64,000 bases of DNA, taken from the NCBI GenBank assembly GCA_963805625.1, contig CAWDVE010000019.1:384001-448000 (forward strand). The letters run 5' to 3'. The notes under the pieces were generated by a model. The model saw nothing but the letters and a program-made list of their open reading frames with translations, had not been told where the DNA came from and did not search any database. A program made the translations under genes and the position numbers. Source of the DNA: an uncultured Candidatus Rokubacteria bacterium. GTDB taxonomy: Bacteria; Methylomirabilota; Methylomirabilia; Rokubacteriales; DASRDR01. Positions 19,668 to 28,978 of this stretch are shown here, piece after piece. The stretch's first letter is position 1; the number at the start of each line of letters is the position of its first letter.

Positions 19668-19901
19668 TCAGGGACGCTGGCGTCCTCTCTTCGCAGCGAC
19701 GCGTGGACGAGCCTTGCCGCGCGCTCGTCGCTGCGGGGGCGCGGGGTCCGCCAAGGCACGCCGGAGCAAAGGCAACAGCGTGCTCGGAATGGCACGGCAC
19801 GCGCAGTGCGAACGGTGCGCGGTGTGCCACGCGACGCGCTGATCGACGGTCGGGTTCTTCGGCATCGGGTGCCGGTTGTGCCACGTGGCAGTGATCGTCA
19901 C
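19668..19901 (-). CDS. Small His/Cys-rich hypothetical protein
   Basis: AGGAGG RBS and GTG; WHNRHPMPKNPTVDQRVAWHTAHRSHCACRAIP. Confidence 0.65.
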   Translation of the reverse strand: MTITATWHNRHPMPKNPTVDQRVAWHTAHRSHCACRAIPSTLLPLLRRALADPAPPQRRARGKARPRVAAKRGRQRP

Positions 19902-19978
19902 CGCCCACCTCCTGCTGCCCTCCGCGAGACCGTGCGTCCCGGCCCGGCCGCGGCGGCCTCGCGTCGAACGCTCCGAGC

Positions 19979-22522
19979 GTGACCTTCTTCCGCCCAGCGC
20001 GCGTTCACGCCAAAGCGGACACGCTGGACGCCTACTGGGCGTTGAGCCCGGCCGAGGTGATGGGACATCTCCGCTCGGGGCCCGCAGGTCTCTCTTCGGC
20101 GGAAGCGGCACGCCGGCTGGCGCAGTATGGGCCCAACGAGCTCCGGGAGCAGGGTCAGCTGTCCAGGGCGCGTGTCCTCTGGAACCAGCTCCGCAGCCCC
20201 CTGCTGCTGCTCCTGGTCTTCGCCGCCGGGGCCTCCGCGCTCACGGGGGCGTGGATCGACGCTGCCATCGTGCTGGTGATCCTCGTCGCGAGCATCGGAA
20301 TCGGCTACTCGAGGGAATACCGCGCTCAGGTGGCTGCCGACGAGCTGAGAGCCCGGGTGCAGGCGATGGCGACCGTCGTGCGGGACGCGCAACCGGTGAC
20401 GATCCCGTTCCGCGTGGTGGTGCCAGGGGACGTGGTCGTATTGGCCGCGGGAAGCCTGCTTCCGGCGGATGCCGTCGTTCTCGAATCCACGGACTGCTTC
20501 GTGAACGAAGCGGTGCTGACGGGCGAGAGCTTCCCCGTCGAAAAGACGCCGGGGGTCGTCGCCCGCACGTCCGTCCTCACCGAGCGCGCGAACTGCGTCT
20601 TTCTCGGCACGAACGTGCGGAGCGGCACCGCGCGCTGTCTCGTCGTCGCGACCGGCGCCGCGACCCAGTTCGGCGCGATCGCCCACCGGCTCACCCTCCG
20701 GCCCCCGGAGACGGAGTTCGACCGCGGGCTGCGTCGGTTCGGCTATCTCCTCACCAGCGCGATGCTCGTGATGGTGCTCGTGGTGTTCGCGGCGAACATG
20801 CTGCTCGGACGCCCCCCGATCGAGACGTTGCTCTTCTCCATCGCGCTGGCCGTGGGATTGAGCCCGGAGCTGCTCCCCGCCATTCTGTCCGTCAACCTCG
20901 CACGGGGGGCGCAGCTCATGGCGCGCCACGGCGTGCTCGTCAAGCGGCTGAGCGCCATCGAGAACCTCGGGAGCATGGACGTCTTGTGCACCGACAAGAC
21001 CGGCACCCTGACCGAGGGCATGGTCCAGCTCGAGGGGGCTTACGACGAGCACGGAGAGCGGTCGGCGACTGTTCTGGAGCTCGCGAGCCGGAACGCCGCG
21101 CTGCAGACCGGCCTGACGAACCCGCTGGATGAGGCGATCCTGCGCGCTCACGAGGCGGATCTGGCTGACGTGGAGAAGCTGGGCGAGGTCCCCTACGATT
21201 TCGTCCGCAAGCGCCTGAGTGTCGTGGTCCGTGGCCGTGCGGGCGTCGCCCTCGTGACCAAGGGGGCATTCGAGCACGTGCTGGAGGCGTGTGCGCGGTC
21301 CGCGGACGGAGGGCCGCTCGACGCGGTCTGGAGGACCGCGCTGAGGGACCGGTATCTCCGGTGGAGCGCGGAGGGCACCCGCGTTCTCGCGGTCGCCACG
21401 CGCTCCCTGGAGGAGAAGCCGTCGTACGGTCGGGACGATGAGCGCGAGCTGGACTTTGTCGGATTCCTCACCTTCCTGGATCGACCGAAGGAAGGCGTTA
21501 CGGAGGCCCTGGCGGACCTGGCGAAGCTGGGGGTGTCGGTCAAGCTCATCACGGGGGACAGTCGGCTCGTCGCCCAGCACGTGGCGAGGGCGGTGGGCAT
21601 GCGCGCGGAGCGTGTTCTCACGGGGAAGGATCTCGATGAGCTGCACGACGAAGCCCTCTGGAGCGCCGCCGAGCGCACGGATCTCTTCGTCGAGGTGGAT
21701 CCGAACCAGAAGGAACGGATCATTCTCTCGCTCCGGAAGATGGGTCGCGTAGTCGGCTTCCTGGGCGACGGGGTGAACGACGCGCCGGCCATGCACGCGG
21801 CGGACACGAGCCTGTCGGTTGATCAGGCCGTGGACGTGGCGAAGGAAGCAGCCGACTTCGTCCTCCTGGAGCGACACCTCGAGGTGATTCGGCGCGGTAT
21901 CCAGGAAGGCCGGAAGACCTTCGCCAACACGCTCAAGTACGTCCTGACGACGACGAGCGCGAACCTCGGGAACATGGTCAGCATGGCGGTGGCCTCGATG
22001 TTTCTCCCGTTCCTGCCGCTGCTGGCCGGGCAGATCCTGCTCAACAACTTCCTGTCTGACGTGCCGGCAGTGGGGCTGGCCGACGACAGCGTGGATCCGG
22101 AGCTCGTCGATCGCCCGCGCCGATGGGACATGCGCTTCATCGGGCGATTCATGGTCGTGTTCGGCGTGCTGAGCTCCCTCTTCGACTTCCTCACGTTCGG
22201 GGCGCTCCTCAAGCTCTTCGACGCGACGCCCGAGCTCTTCCGCACGGGGTGGTTCGTGGAGTCCCTGCTGACCGAGCTCGTCATCGCGCTCGTCGTGCGC
22301 ACCCGGCGGCCGTTCTTCCGGAGTCGACCGGGGACGACGCTGCTGGCGTTGACGGCCGCAATCATGGTCGCGACATTCGTCATCCCCTTTCTGCCGTTCG
22401 CCGGGCTCTTCGGTTTCACGGCGTTGCCAATCCTGGTGCTGCTGACGCTGATCGGGATCACCGTGCTGTACATCGTAGCCACCGAGCTCGCGAAGGCGCG
22501 GTTCTACCGGGGAGTCGAATGA
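19979..22522 (+). CDS. mgtA: Mg2+-importing P-type ATPase
   Basis: LTGES, SPELLP, DKTGTLT, GDGVNDAPA, SANLGN, GWFVESL. Confidence 0.9.
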   Translation: MTFFRPARVHAKADTLDAYWALSPAEVMGHLRSGPAGLSSAEAARRLAQYGPNELREQGQLSRARVLWNQLRSPLLLLLVFAAGASALTGAWIDAAIVLVILVASIGIGYSREYRAQVAADELRARVQAMATVVRDAQPVTIPFRVVVPGDVVVLAAGSLLPADAVVLESTDCFVNEAVLTGESFPVEKTPGVVARTSVLTERANCVFLGTNVRSGTARCLVVATGAATQFGAIAHRLTLRPPETEFDRGLRRFGYLLTSAMLVMVLVVFAANMLLGRPPIETLLFSIALAVGLSPELLPAILSVNLARGAQLMARHGVLVKRLSAIENLGSMDVLCTDKTGTLTEGMVQLEGAYDEHGERSATVLELASRNAALQTGLTNPLDEAILRAHEADLADVEKLGEVPYDFVRKRLSVVVRGRAGVALVTKGAFEHVLEACARSADGGPLDAVWRTALRDRYLRWSAEGTRVLAVATRSLEEKPSYGRDDERELDFVGFLTFLDRPKEGVTEALADLAKLGVSVKLITGDSRLVAQHVARAVGMRAERVLTGKDLDELHDEALWSAAERTDLFVEVDPNQKERIILSLRKMGRVVGFLGDGVNDAPAMHAADTSLSVDQAVDVAKEAADFVLLERHLEVIRRGIQEGRKTFANTLKYVLTTTSANLGNMVSMAVASMFLPFLPLLAGQILLNNFLSDVPAVGLADDSVDPELVDRPRRWDMRFIGRFMVVFGVLSSLFDFLTFGALLKLFDATPELFRTGWFVESLLTELVIALVVRTRRPFFRSRPGTTLLALTAAIMVATFVIPFLPFAGLFGFTALPILVLLTLIGITVLYIVATELAKARFYRGVE

Positions 22523-23280
22523 CGAGCTGGACCTTCAGTTTGTTGAGCGTGGGGATCGTCAGTCTGGTCTCCCTGGCGGGTCTCGTGACCCTGTCCCAGA
22601 ACGAAGCGCGCACGCGCCGCCTCGCCGCCCTGCTCGTGAGCTTCGCGGTAGGTGCGTTGCTCGGCGATGCATTCATCCACCTCATCCCACAGGCCTTCAA
22701 GCAGGACACAGTCACGCTGTGGCCATCGCTCCTGATTCTCGGCGGGATGCTGCTCTTCTTCGTGGTCGAGAAGCTGTTGCGCCACGAGCATGGTTTGCTG
22801 CATCGGTACCATCATCCCGAGGCGAGCACGCATCCGGAGCTGGCCGCCGTGAACATTCTCGGCGACGCGATTCACAACTTCATCGATGGGGTCTTGATCG
22901 GGGGAAGCTACCTCGTGAGCCCGGCTCTCGGCCTGGCGACGACTGTCGCCGTGCTCTTTCACGAGATCCCGCAGGAGCTCGGTGACTTCGGCATCCTGAT
23001 CCACAGCGGGCTCAGCGTGCGCCGGGCGGTTCTTCTGAACCTCGCATCGGCGAGCGTGGCCATCCTGGGGTCCGTTGCGGCGCTGCTGCTCGGCGCGGTG
23101 TCCGGGGCGGCGGTCACGATGGTGCTGATCCCGGTCACGGCGGGGGGCTTCGTGTACATCGCGGCGGCCGACCTGATCCCGGAGCTCCAGCACGACCGGA
23201 GCGGTCGTGGCTTGCTCATTCAGGTCAGCCTGATCTCGCTGGGGATGGGCGTGATGGGGCTTCTCGCGATTCTGGAATGA
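22519..23280 (+). CDS. ZIP-family metal transporter
   Basis: GDAFIHLIP, His-rich loop, HNFIDG, HEIPQELGDF. Confidence 0.93.
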   Translation: MTSWTFSLLSVGIVSLVSLAGLVTLSQNEARTRRLAALLVSFAVGALLGDAFIHLIPQAFKQDTVTLWPSLLILGGMLLFFVVEKLLRHEHGLLHRYHHPEASTHPELAAVNILGDAIHNFIDGVLIGGSYLVSPALGLATTVAVLFHEIPQELGDFGILIHSGLSVRRAVLLNLASASVAILGSVAALLLGAVSGAAVTMVLIPVTAGGFVYIAAADLIPELQHDRSGRGLLIQVSLISLGMGVMGLLAILE

Positions 23281-23402
23281 CGCGGCGGAGTCGGGCCGCG
23301 TGCGACGTGGTCCGGGTGCCAACCGAGCCCGGCGCAGGATGCGGTCTCGGCCGTGCCTGTCAGCGCCGAGCAGCGCCGGGGACCACCTGCCGACAGAGGA
23401 GC

Positions 23403-23837
23403 CTAAGGCTGGGCCACTTCGGCCTCGAGACGGATGGGGGTTGCCAGCGAGGCAGAGACGAGGCACGCGCGCTCCGCCTTTTCCATGGCGCGCCGCGCCC
23501 GGTCCGGGTCCGCCCCGGCCGCGAGCCGGAGGCGCGGCCGGAGGATGATCTCCGTGAAGCGCGTCACGCCATCCGAGCGGTCGACGGTCCCTTCGGCGGT
23601 CACCTCACACCTCGTGAACTCGACCCGCGAGGCCCGCGCGACGGCACGCAGGGTGAACAGGAAGCAGGTTTCCACGGCGGCCAACAGGAGTTGCTCGGGG
23701 CTCCACGCGTCGCCGGGTCCGTCGAAGTCGATGGGCGGCGCGCTCCGGAGATCGGGGAGTCCGTCAGCCGTGGCGAGGGCGTGGCCATCGGGGCCCCCGC
23801 CGAGCCGGACCGAGTAGCGGTGGGGCAGGGGCTTCAC
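23403..23837 (-). CDS. OsmC/Ohr-family protein
   Basis: DGPGDAWSPEQLLLAAVETC, AERACLVSASL. Confidence 0.9.
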   Translation of the reverse strand: MKPLPHRYSVRLGGGPDGHALATADGLPDLRSAPPIDFDGPGDAWSPEQLLLAAVETCFLFTLRAVARASRVEFTRCEVTAEGTVDRSDGVTRFTEIILRPRLRLAAGADPDRARRAMEKAERACLVSASLATPIRLEAEVAQP

Positions 23838-24793
23838 CGTCCGACTCCTCTCGGCGTTGCCCCCGGAACAGGCTCTTCCCGCGCGCTGGCGGGGGCGATC
23901 GTGAGCACCGGGCACGGGGCCGTCTGGATCACGCCATGCGCGACCGAGCCAAGCATCCAGCGGACGACACCCGACCAACCGTGAGTGCCCATGACGATGA
24001 GGTCGGCCGCATGCTCCTGGGCGCTGTGGACGATCTGTTCGTCCGCGATTCCCCGGGCGACGCGCACGCGGATCCGCTCGCGCGGCAGCGTGGACCCCTC
24101 GAGGAACCGTTCGACTTCCATGCGTCCCTGCTCGTCCAGGAGCTTGGCCATCCGGCCAATCGTCTCCGCAGACATGTGAGGATCGGTGACGGGCTCGAAG
24201 GTGACGTGAACCAGGTCCACGTCGGCGCCGGCGGCGTTCGCGATGGCGACGACCCACAGCCAGGCGGCCCGGGAGGTTGGTGAGAAGTCCGTCGCGTAAC
24301 AGATCCGACGGATCTCAGGCCGCGGTTTGCTCCCCGGGATGGGTCGGACCGTCAGAACCGGGCACGTCGCCTGGCGCACGAGCCGATCCGCAACACTGCC
24401 GATGAGGGCGCGCTGGAGCCCGGCGCGGCCGTGAGTCCCGACGACCAGGAGATCGGCCGCCTCTTCTGTCACGACCTCCAGGATCCGGGGGGCCGGCTTC
24501 CCCTCCTCAACCCGCATCCGGACCTTCAGTCCCGAGCCCGCCACGCTGCCGAGCAGGCGATCGAACCCCTCCTCCGCAGTACGGCGCGCGTTCTGGAGGA
24601 GTTCTTCATAGAGGTTGGGAGGAAAGTAGCCCTCGGTGGGAAGGACGAATGGTGGCGGGGACACGTGCAGAAGCAGGATCTCGGCGCCGAACAGCCGGCC
24701 GAGCCGCCGGGTCTCGTACCAGGCCGGCTCCGACACGGAGGAAAGATCCGTCGCGTAGACGATTCGGTGGATTGTAGTCACGGGCCCCCTCAT
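23834..24793 (-). CDS. Tandem-domain universal stress protein
   Basis: Two USP domains (YATD...GTHG..GSVA..CPVLT). Confidence 0.93.
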   Translation of the reverse strand: MRGPVTTIHRIVYATDLSSVSEPAWYETRRLGRLFGAEILLLHVSPPPFVLPTEGYFPPNLYEELLQNARRTAEEGFDRLLGSVAGSGLKVRMRVEEGKPAPRILEVVTEEAADLLVVGTHGRAGLQRALIGSVADRLVRQATCPVLTVRPIPGSKPRPEIRRICYATDFSPTSRAAWLWVVAIANAAGADVDLVHVTFEPVTDPHMSAETIGRMAKLLDEQGRMEVERFLEGSTLPRERIRVRVARGIADEQIVHSAQEHAADLIVMGTHGWSGVVRWMLGSVAHGVIQTAPCPVLTIAPASAREEPVPGATPRGVGR

Positions 24794-24856
24794 CACCGAC
24801 CGTGAGGTCGACACTCGGTCATCATCGGGAGCCACGCTGGCTCCCTCCGTCGACCG

Positions 24857-24872
24857 TGCAACGATGGTGCCG
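24857..24872 (-). promoter_or_regulatory. sigma-54 promoter of USP-osmC
   Basis: Minus strand CGGCACCATCGTTGCA. Confidence 0.75.
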
Positions 24873-25012
24873 TGGTTACGCCGCTGGGCGGCGGATGCCC
24901 TCCCGCCACGGACTCGCGGGGTCGCCCGCCCCGTTTGCGCCTCAATGGGGTCCATCGATGGCCACACGACTCGGTGCCGAGGAGAGGTCGGATGCCCCAT
25001 TGCCGGGACACC

Positions 25013-25030
25013 TGGGGTATGGCGGCCTCA
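25013..25030. promoter_or_regulatory. Candidate activator site
   Basis: TGGGG-TATGGCGG-CCTCA. Confidence 0.5.
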
Positions 25031-25214
25031 CCTACTCGCTGGCCGCTCACCTGGGGGTCCGATCGCCACGCCACGCGGCCCGGTTTCTGGGGGGAGGGGG
25101 AAGGGGACGGCGGGCGACCTCCTCCCGAGTTCGTCGAGGAACCCGAGGCTGCCAGGCGCCGACCGACTCAGGTATGCTCAGTCGGCCGGCTGACACGGCA
25201 GAGACGGCTATCTC

Positions 25215-25694
25215 TTGTGGCATCCATCAGGCTGCGACGGCAGGGGCTCAAACTGGAGACCCGGGTGCTGCGCGACGAGCCGAACCCCGAGCCGCCCGAG
25301 ACCATCCGCGAGCGGCTCCAGCTGCGGCGGTGGAGCAGCGTGGCCGTCGTGGAGGTACTCCGGCTGGTCGTCGGCCAGGTGATCGCCCACGACCGCGCCT
25401 ACGTGCCGACGCCGCTCGCCGCCCGCTTCCAGCCGGAGGAAGTGGGTGACCCCCTTGCTGGAGGTGCTGCGCGACCGGGGCCGGGTGCAACTCGGCCGGC
25501 TCGAGTGGGAGATCGAGATCCTCCCGAGCGGCCCCGAGGTTGCGCAGGCGCTCGGGATCATCTCCGGCGTTCTGGTCGTGGCGAGCCGGGCCACCGCGTA
25601 CTCGCGCCAGGGGATGCCGGTCTCCCGAAGCGAGCGGTGCTATCCCATCGACCGGGTGAAGTTCCATGTTGCGGGCAAGATCTGCCGGACGTGA
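25215..25694 (+). pseudogene. GntR/HutC UTRA-domain remnant (no HTH, frameshifted)
   Basis: RRQGLKLETRVL..ERLQL..LRLV..HDRAYVP, frameshift ~25446, then LLEVL..EIEI..EVAQALGI..ERCYPIDRVKF. Confidence 0.7.
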
Positions 25695-25756
25695 CCGGCG
25701 CCGAGAAGCGACCGTCCCGGGCGTGCGCCGCGACGCCCGGGCACAGCGAGGGAGCG

Positions 25757-26689
25757 ATGACCGAGCGACGACTACCGAGCGAGGCCGAGGTGCAGAGCTG
25801 GATCCGGGAGCGCAACAACTGGGGCCGCTGGGGCCCGGACGACCAGCGAGGAACGATCAACCTGATCACACCGGCGAAGCGCGTGGAAGCGGCGCGGCTC
25901 TGCCGCACCGGCCGCAGCGTGTCGCTCTCCCGGCCCTTTCCCAAGGAGCCGGGGATCAACAACGCCTTCCCCGCGCAGCACTTCATGCGGACGATGGCGC
26001 GCGGGAAGGGGGGAGCCGCACTCGACTACTACGGCATCTTCTACCACGGTGTCGCGTCCACCCACATCGACGCCCTCTGCCACACGTGGGACGAGCGCGC
26101 CATGTGGAACGGCCGGGATCCGAAGCGGGAGATCACCTTCGACGGCGCCACGTTCGGCTCGGTCGAGCACTGGCGGGAGGGAATCATGACCCGCGGCGTG
26201 CTCCTGGACGTGCCGCGGCACCGCGGGGTGCCGTCGGTGACCCAGGACCGCCCGGTCCACGGCTGGGAGCTGGAGGAGATCCTGGAGGCCCGCAGCCTCC
26301 GTCTCATGCCGGGCGACGCGGTGGCCGTCTACAGCGGGCGCGAGGCCTGGCAGGCTGCGAATCCGGACACGCCGTACGGCCGCCCCTTCGGCGCCGGCCC
26401 CGTCGCCCGACCGGGACTCCACGTGTCGTGCCTGCCGTTCCTGCGGGACCATGACGTGGCGCTCCTCGTCTGGGACATGCTGGATCACCTGCCCATCGGC
26501 TACGACATCGCGTGGTCGGTGCATGCGGCCATCTTCGCGTACGGGATGCCGCTGCTCGACAACGCGCTGCTGGAGCCCCTGGCGAAGGCCTGCGCTGAGG
26601 AGGGGCGGGACGAGTTCATGCTGATGATCGCGCCGCTCCCGGTGGTGGGCGGCACCGGCTCCCCGGCGAACCCGATCGCGGTGTTCTGA
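25757..26689 (+). CDS. Cyclase-family (KynB-like) metal-dependent hydrolase
   Basis: NWGRWGPDDQRGTIN, HGVASTHIDALCH, TRGVLLDV, GGTGSPANPIAVF. Confidence 0.9.
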   Translation: MTERRLPSEAEVQSWIRERNNWGRWGPDDQRGTINLITPAKRVEAARLCRTGRSVSLSRPFPKEPGINNAFPAQHFMRTMARGKGGAALDYYGIFYHGVASTHIDALCHTWDERAMWNGRDPKREITFDGATFGSVEHWREGIMTRGVLLDVPRHRGVPSVTQDRPVHGWELEEILEARSLRLMPGDAVAVYSGREAWQAANPDTPYGRPFGAGPVARPGLHVSCLPFLRDHDVALLVWDMLDHLPIGYDIAWSVHAAIFAYGMPLLDNALLEPLAKACAEEGRDEFMLMIAPLPVVGGTGSPANPIAVF

Positions 26690-26756
26690 TCCACTGGCCC
26701 TGCCCCGGGGTCGAGCGGCTGCTCGCCCTCTCACGGATCCTGGCGCTAGGCGGCTG

Positions 26757-26990
26757 TCACTCGTTGCTGGTGATCGTAACGGTCGCGCAGCTGGGACTGC
26801 CGACGCTGTAGCTGGGGTCGGGCGTCACGGTGACGATGACGGTACCGGGCCCTTCCGGCAAGAGGTCGTCGATCACCGTTACGGCGACGTTGACGGTCGC
26901 GACGCCTGCGGGAATCGGAGACGCTTGCGGCGCTGATCGGGGCGCTGCCGATGACGCTCCGAACGACCGTGGTCGGCCCGGCGCGTCCGC
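26757..26990 (-). pseudogene. Calx-beta/Ig-like domain C-terminal remnant
   Basis: Minus frame IPAGVATVNVAVTVIDDLLPEGPGTVIVTVTPDPSYSVGSPSCATVTITSNE*; no start. Confidence 0.65.
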
Positions 26991-27121
26991 GTTCGCGTCG
27001 GGAGCCCAAGCCCGGACGAAGCCCTCGTATCTCCCAGACCTGGCTCACCGGCAGGATGAGCCAGGACAGTTGGTGGGCGGGAGCCCGGCGGGGCCAGGTC
27101 CTGTCAGGACCGGTACGGAGC

Positions 27122-28399
27122 TCAGTACCCGAGGGCTCGTGGCAGGGTCAGCGCGATCCACGGGACGTACGTGACGACGAGCAGGGCGCCGACCAGCGGC
27201 AGGAGCCACGGGAACACCGCCGCCACCACCTCCTCGAAGCTGGTCTTCGTGAAGCCCTGCATGGCGTACAGCCCCATGCCGACCGGAGGCGTGAACAGGC
27301 CGATTCCGACCCCGACGATCAGGACGATCCCGAAGTGGACCGGATCGACGCCGATCCGAACCAGAGCGGGCACCAGGATGGGCGGCAGCACCAGCAGCAG
27401 CACGGCGCCCTCGATGAAACAGCCGAGGAAGAGCACGAGCAGGTTGACGGCGAGGAGGACCAGGGCCTGGTGCTCCGCGAACCTGAGAACGAACTCGGCC
27501 ATGAGCTGAGGCACGCGCTCGACCGTCAGGATCCAACCGAGGATCAGACCCATGGCGATGATGATCGCCAGCCCCGCCACCTCCCGTCCGACCTCGACTG
27601 TCACCCTCAGCACGTCCTCCACACTGAGCTCCCGGTACACGGCCAGCCCGAGAAGCAACGAGTAGCAGACGGCCACCATCGCCGCCTCGGTCGGGGTGAA
27701 CACCCCGACGGTCATCCCTCCGATCAGCAGGAGCGGCGCCAGCAGGGCCGGAAGGGCGGCGATGCCGCTCCGGACGAGCCCTGAGCCGGTCGGCACAGGC
27801 TCCCGGGGGAAACCCCGGCGGACGGCCACCCAGTACACACAGAGCATCTGGATCGCCGCGACCAGGAGCCCCGGGCCAACGCCGGCGAGGAACAGAGCGG
27901 TGACTGACACCTCGGCGCTGCTCGCATAGACGACGGCCGGGATGCTGGGCGGAATGATGGGACCGAGGATCGACGAGGCGAGCGTCACGCCGAGGGTGAA
28001 CCGCTTGTCGTACCCCGCGTCCAGCATGGCCTTGACCTCGATCTGACCCAGGCCACCCAGGTCGGCCAGGGCCGAGCCCGACATCCCGGCGAAGATGAGG
28101 CTTCCGAGGACGTTGACGTGCCCCAGCCCACCCGGGACGAAGCCCACCAGATCGTGGCAGAAAGCGTAAATCCGCGTCGTGATTCCCCCGACGTTCATGA
28201 GACGGCCCGCGAACATGAAGAGCGGAATCGCGACCAGCGGGAACGAGTCGAGTGCGAGCGCGGCCCGCTGGGCGAGCGTCACGACGGACAGATCGGTCTG
28301 CACGACGTAGACGAGGCAGGCTACCCCCATCGCCAGGTAGATCGGGATCCGCAGGGCCATCAGCACGAGCAGCACGGCGAACAGAAGCAGGACGGGCAC
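27122..28399 (-). CDS. dctM: TRAP large permease
   Basis: AIPLFMFAG, GMSGSALAD, PIIPPSIP, FTPTEAA, TPPVG. Confidence 0.95.
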   Translation of the reverse strand: MPVLLLFAVLLVLMALRIPIYLAMGVACLVYVVQTDLSVVTLAQRAALALDSFPLVAIPLFMFAGRLMNVGGITTRIYAFCHDLVGFVPGGLGHVNVLGSLIFAGMSGSALADLGGLGQIEVKAMLDAGYDKRFTLGVTLASSILGPIIPPSIPAVVYASSAEVSVTALFLAGVGPGLLVAAIQMLCVYWVAVRRGFPREPVPTGSGLVRSGIAALPALLAPLLLIGGMTVGVFTPTEAAMVAVCYSLLLGLAVYRELSVEDVLRVTVEVGREVAGLAIIIAMGLILGWILTVERVPQLMAEFVLRFAEHQALVLLAVNLLVLFLGCFIEGAVLLLVLPPILVPALVRIGVDPVHFGIVLIVGVGIGLFTPPVGMGLYAMQGFTKTSFEEVVAAVFPWLLPLVGALLVVTYVPWIALTLPRALGY

Positions 28400-28420
28400 G
28401 GCAGCGCGGAGCGTCCGGGA

Positions 28421-28978
28421 TCAGCGCTCGCCGCCCGGCGATCCCGCGGCTCCGCGGAGCCAGCGGACGACGGCGGCGACGTGCAGGTAGACCTGGAGGG
28501 CGGCCGCGACCGGGAGGACCCCGACCAGGAGACTCAGGGGCAGCTGGAGCGCGGGGAGCCGGATGCCGTCCATCGCGGCGGTGAGCCAGAGCCCGGCAAC
28601 GACGAGGGTCCCGTGGAACACGACGCCCAGGAGGTCGGTCAGGAGATTCGCGCCGCGCTGGGCGCCAAGCGGCAGGCGATCGTACAGGGCGTCGACGGCG
28701 ACGTGGAGGCGGGACTCGGGCAGGACCAGGGCCCCCAGGTAGGCGAGCCAGACCAGCAGCAGGCGGGACACCTCCTCCGGCCACCGGAGCGGGGCGTTGA
28801 AGACGTAGCGAAAGCAGACCTGGACCGCGCCGGCGCACACGATGCCGGCGAGGCACAGACCCGCGCCCCATCCGCCGGCGGCAGTCACCCAGGACGACAG
28901 GCGATCCTCGCCCCGGACGGCGGGAGCGCCGTCTACCGGCCGAGGGCTTGGACCTGCTCCAGGAGCGTTTGCGTCCAC
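28421..28978 (-). CDS. dctQ: TRAP small permease
   Basis: RYVFNAPLRWPEEVSR, HVAVD; start uncertain. Confidence 0.9.
   Translation of the reverse strand: MDANAPGAGPSPRPVDGAPAVRGEDRLSSWVTAAGGWGAGLCLAGIVCAGAVQVCFRYVFNAPLRWPEEVSRLLLVWLAYLGALVLPESRLHVAVDALYDRLPLGAQRGANLLTDLLGVVFHGTLVVAGLWLTAAMDGIRLPALQLPLSLLVGVLPVAAALQVYLHVAAVVRWLRGAAGSPGGER

Noticed and set aside
19790-19805. TGGCACGGCACGCGCA as a sigma-54 promoter for mgtA
   Set aside because: Lacks TT at -12 and lies inside the antisense small CDS (CACRAI codons); may be coincidental
24872-26689. 605-aa UTRA-cyclase fusion suggested by the ORF track
   Set aside because: Artefact of the frameshift in the GntR remnant; the cyclase has its own RBS and ATG at 25757
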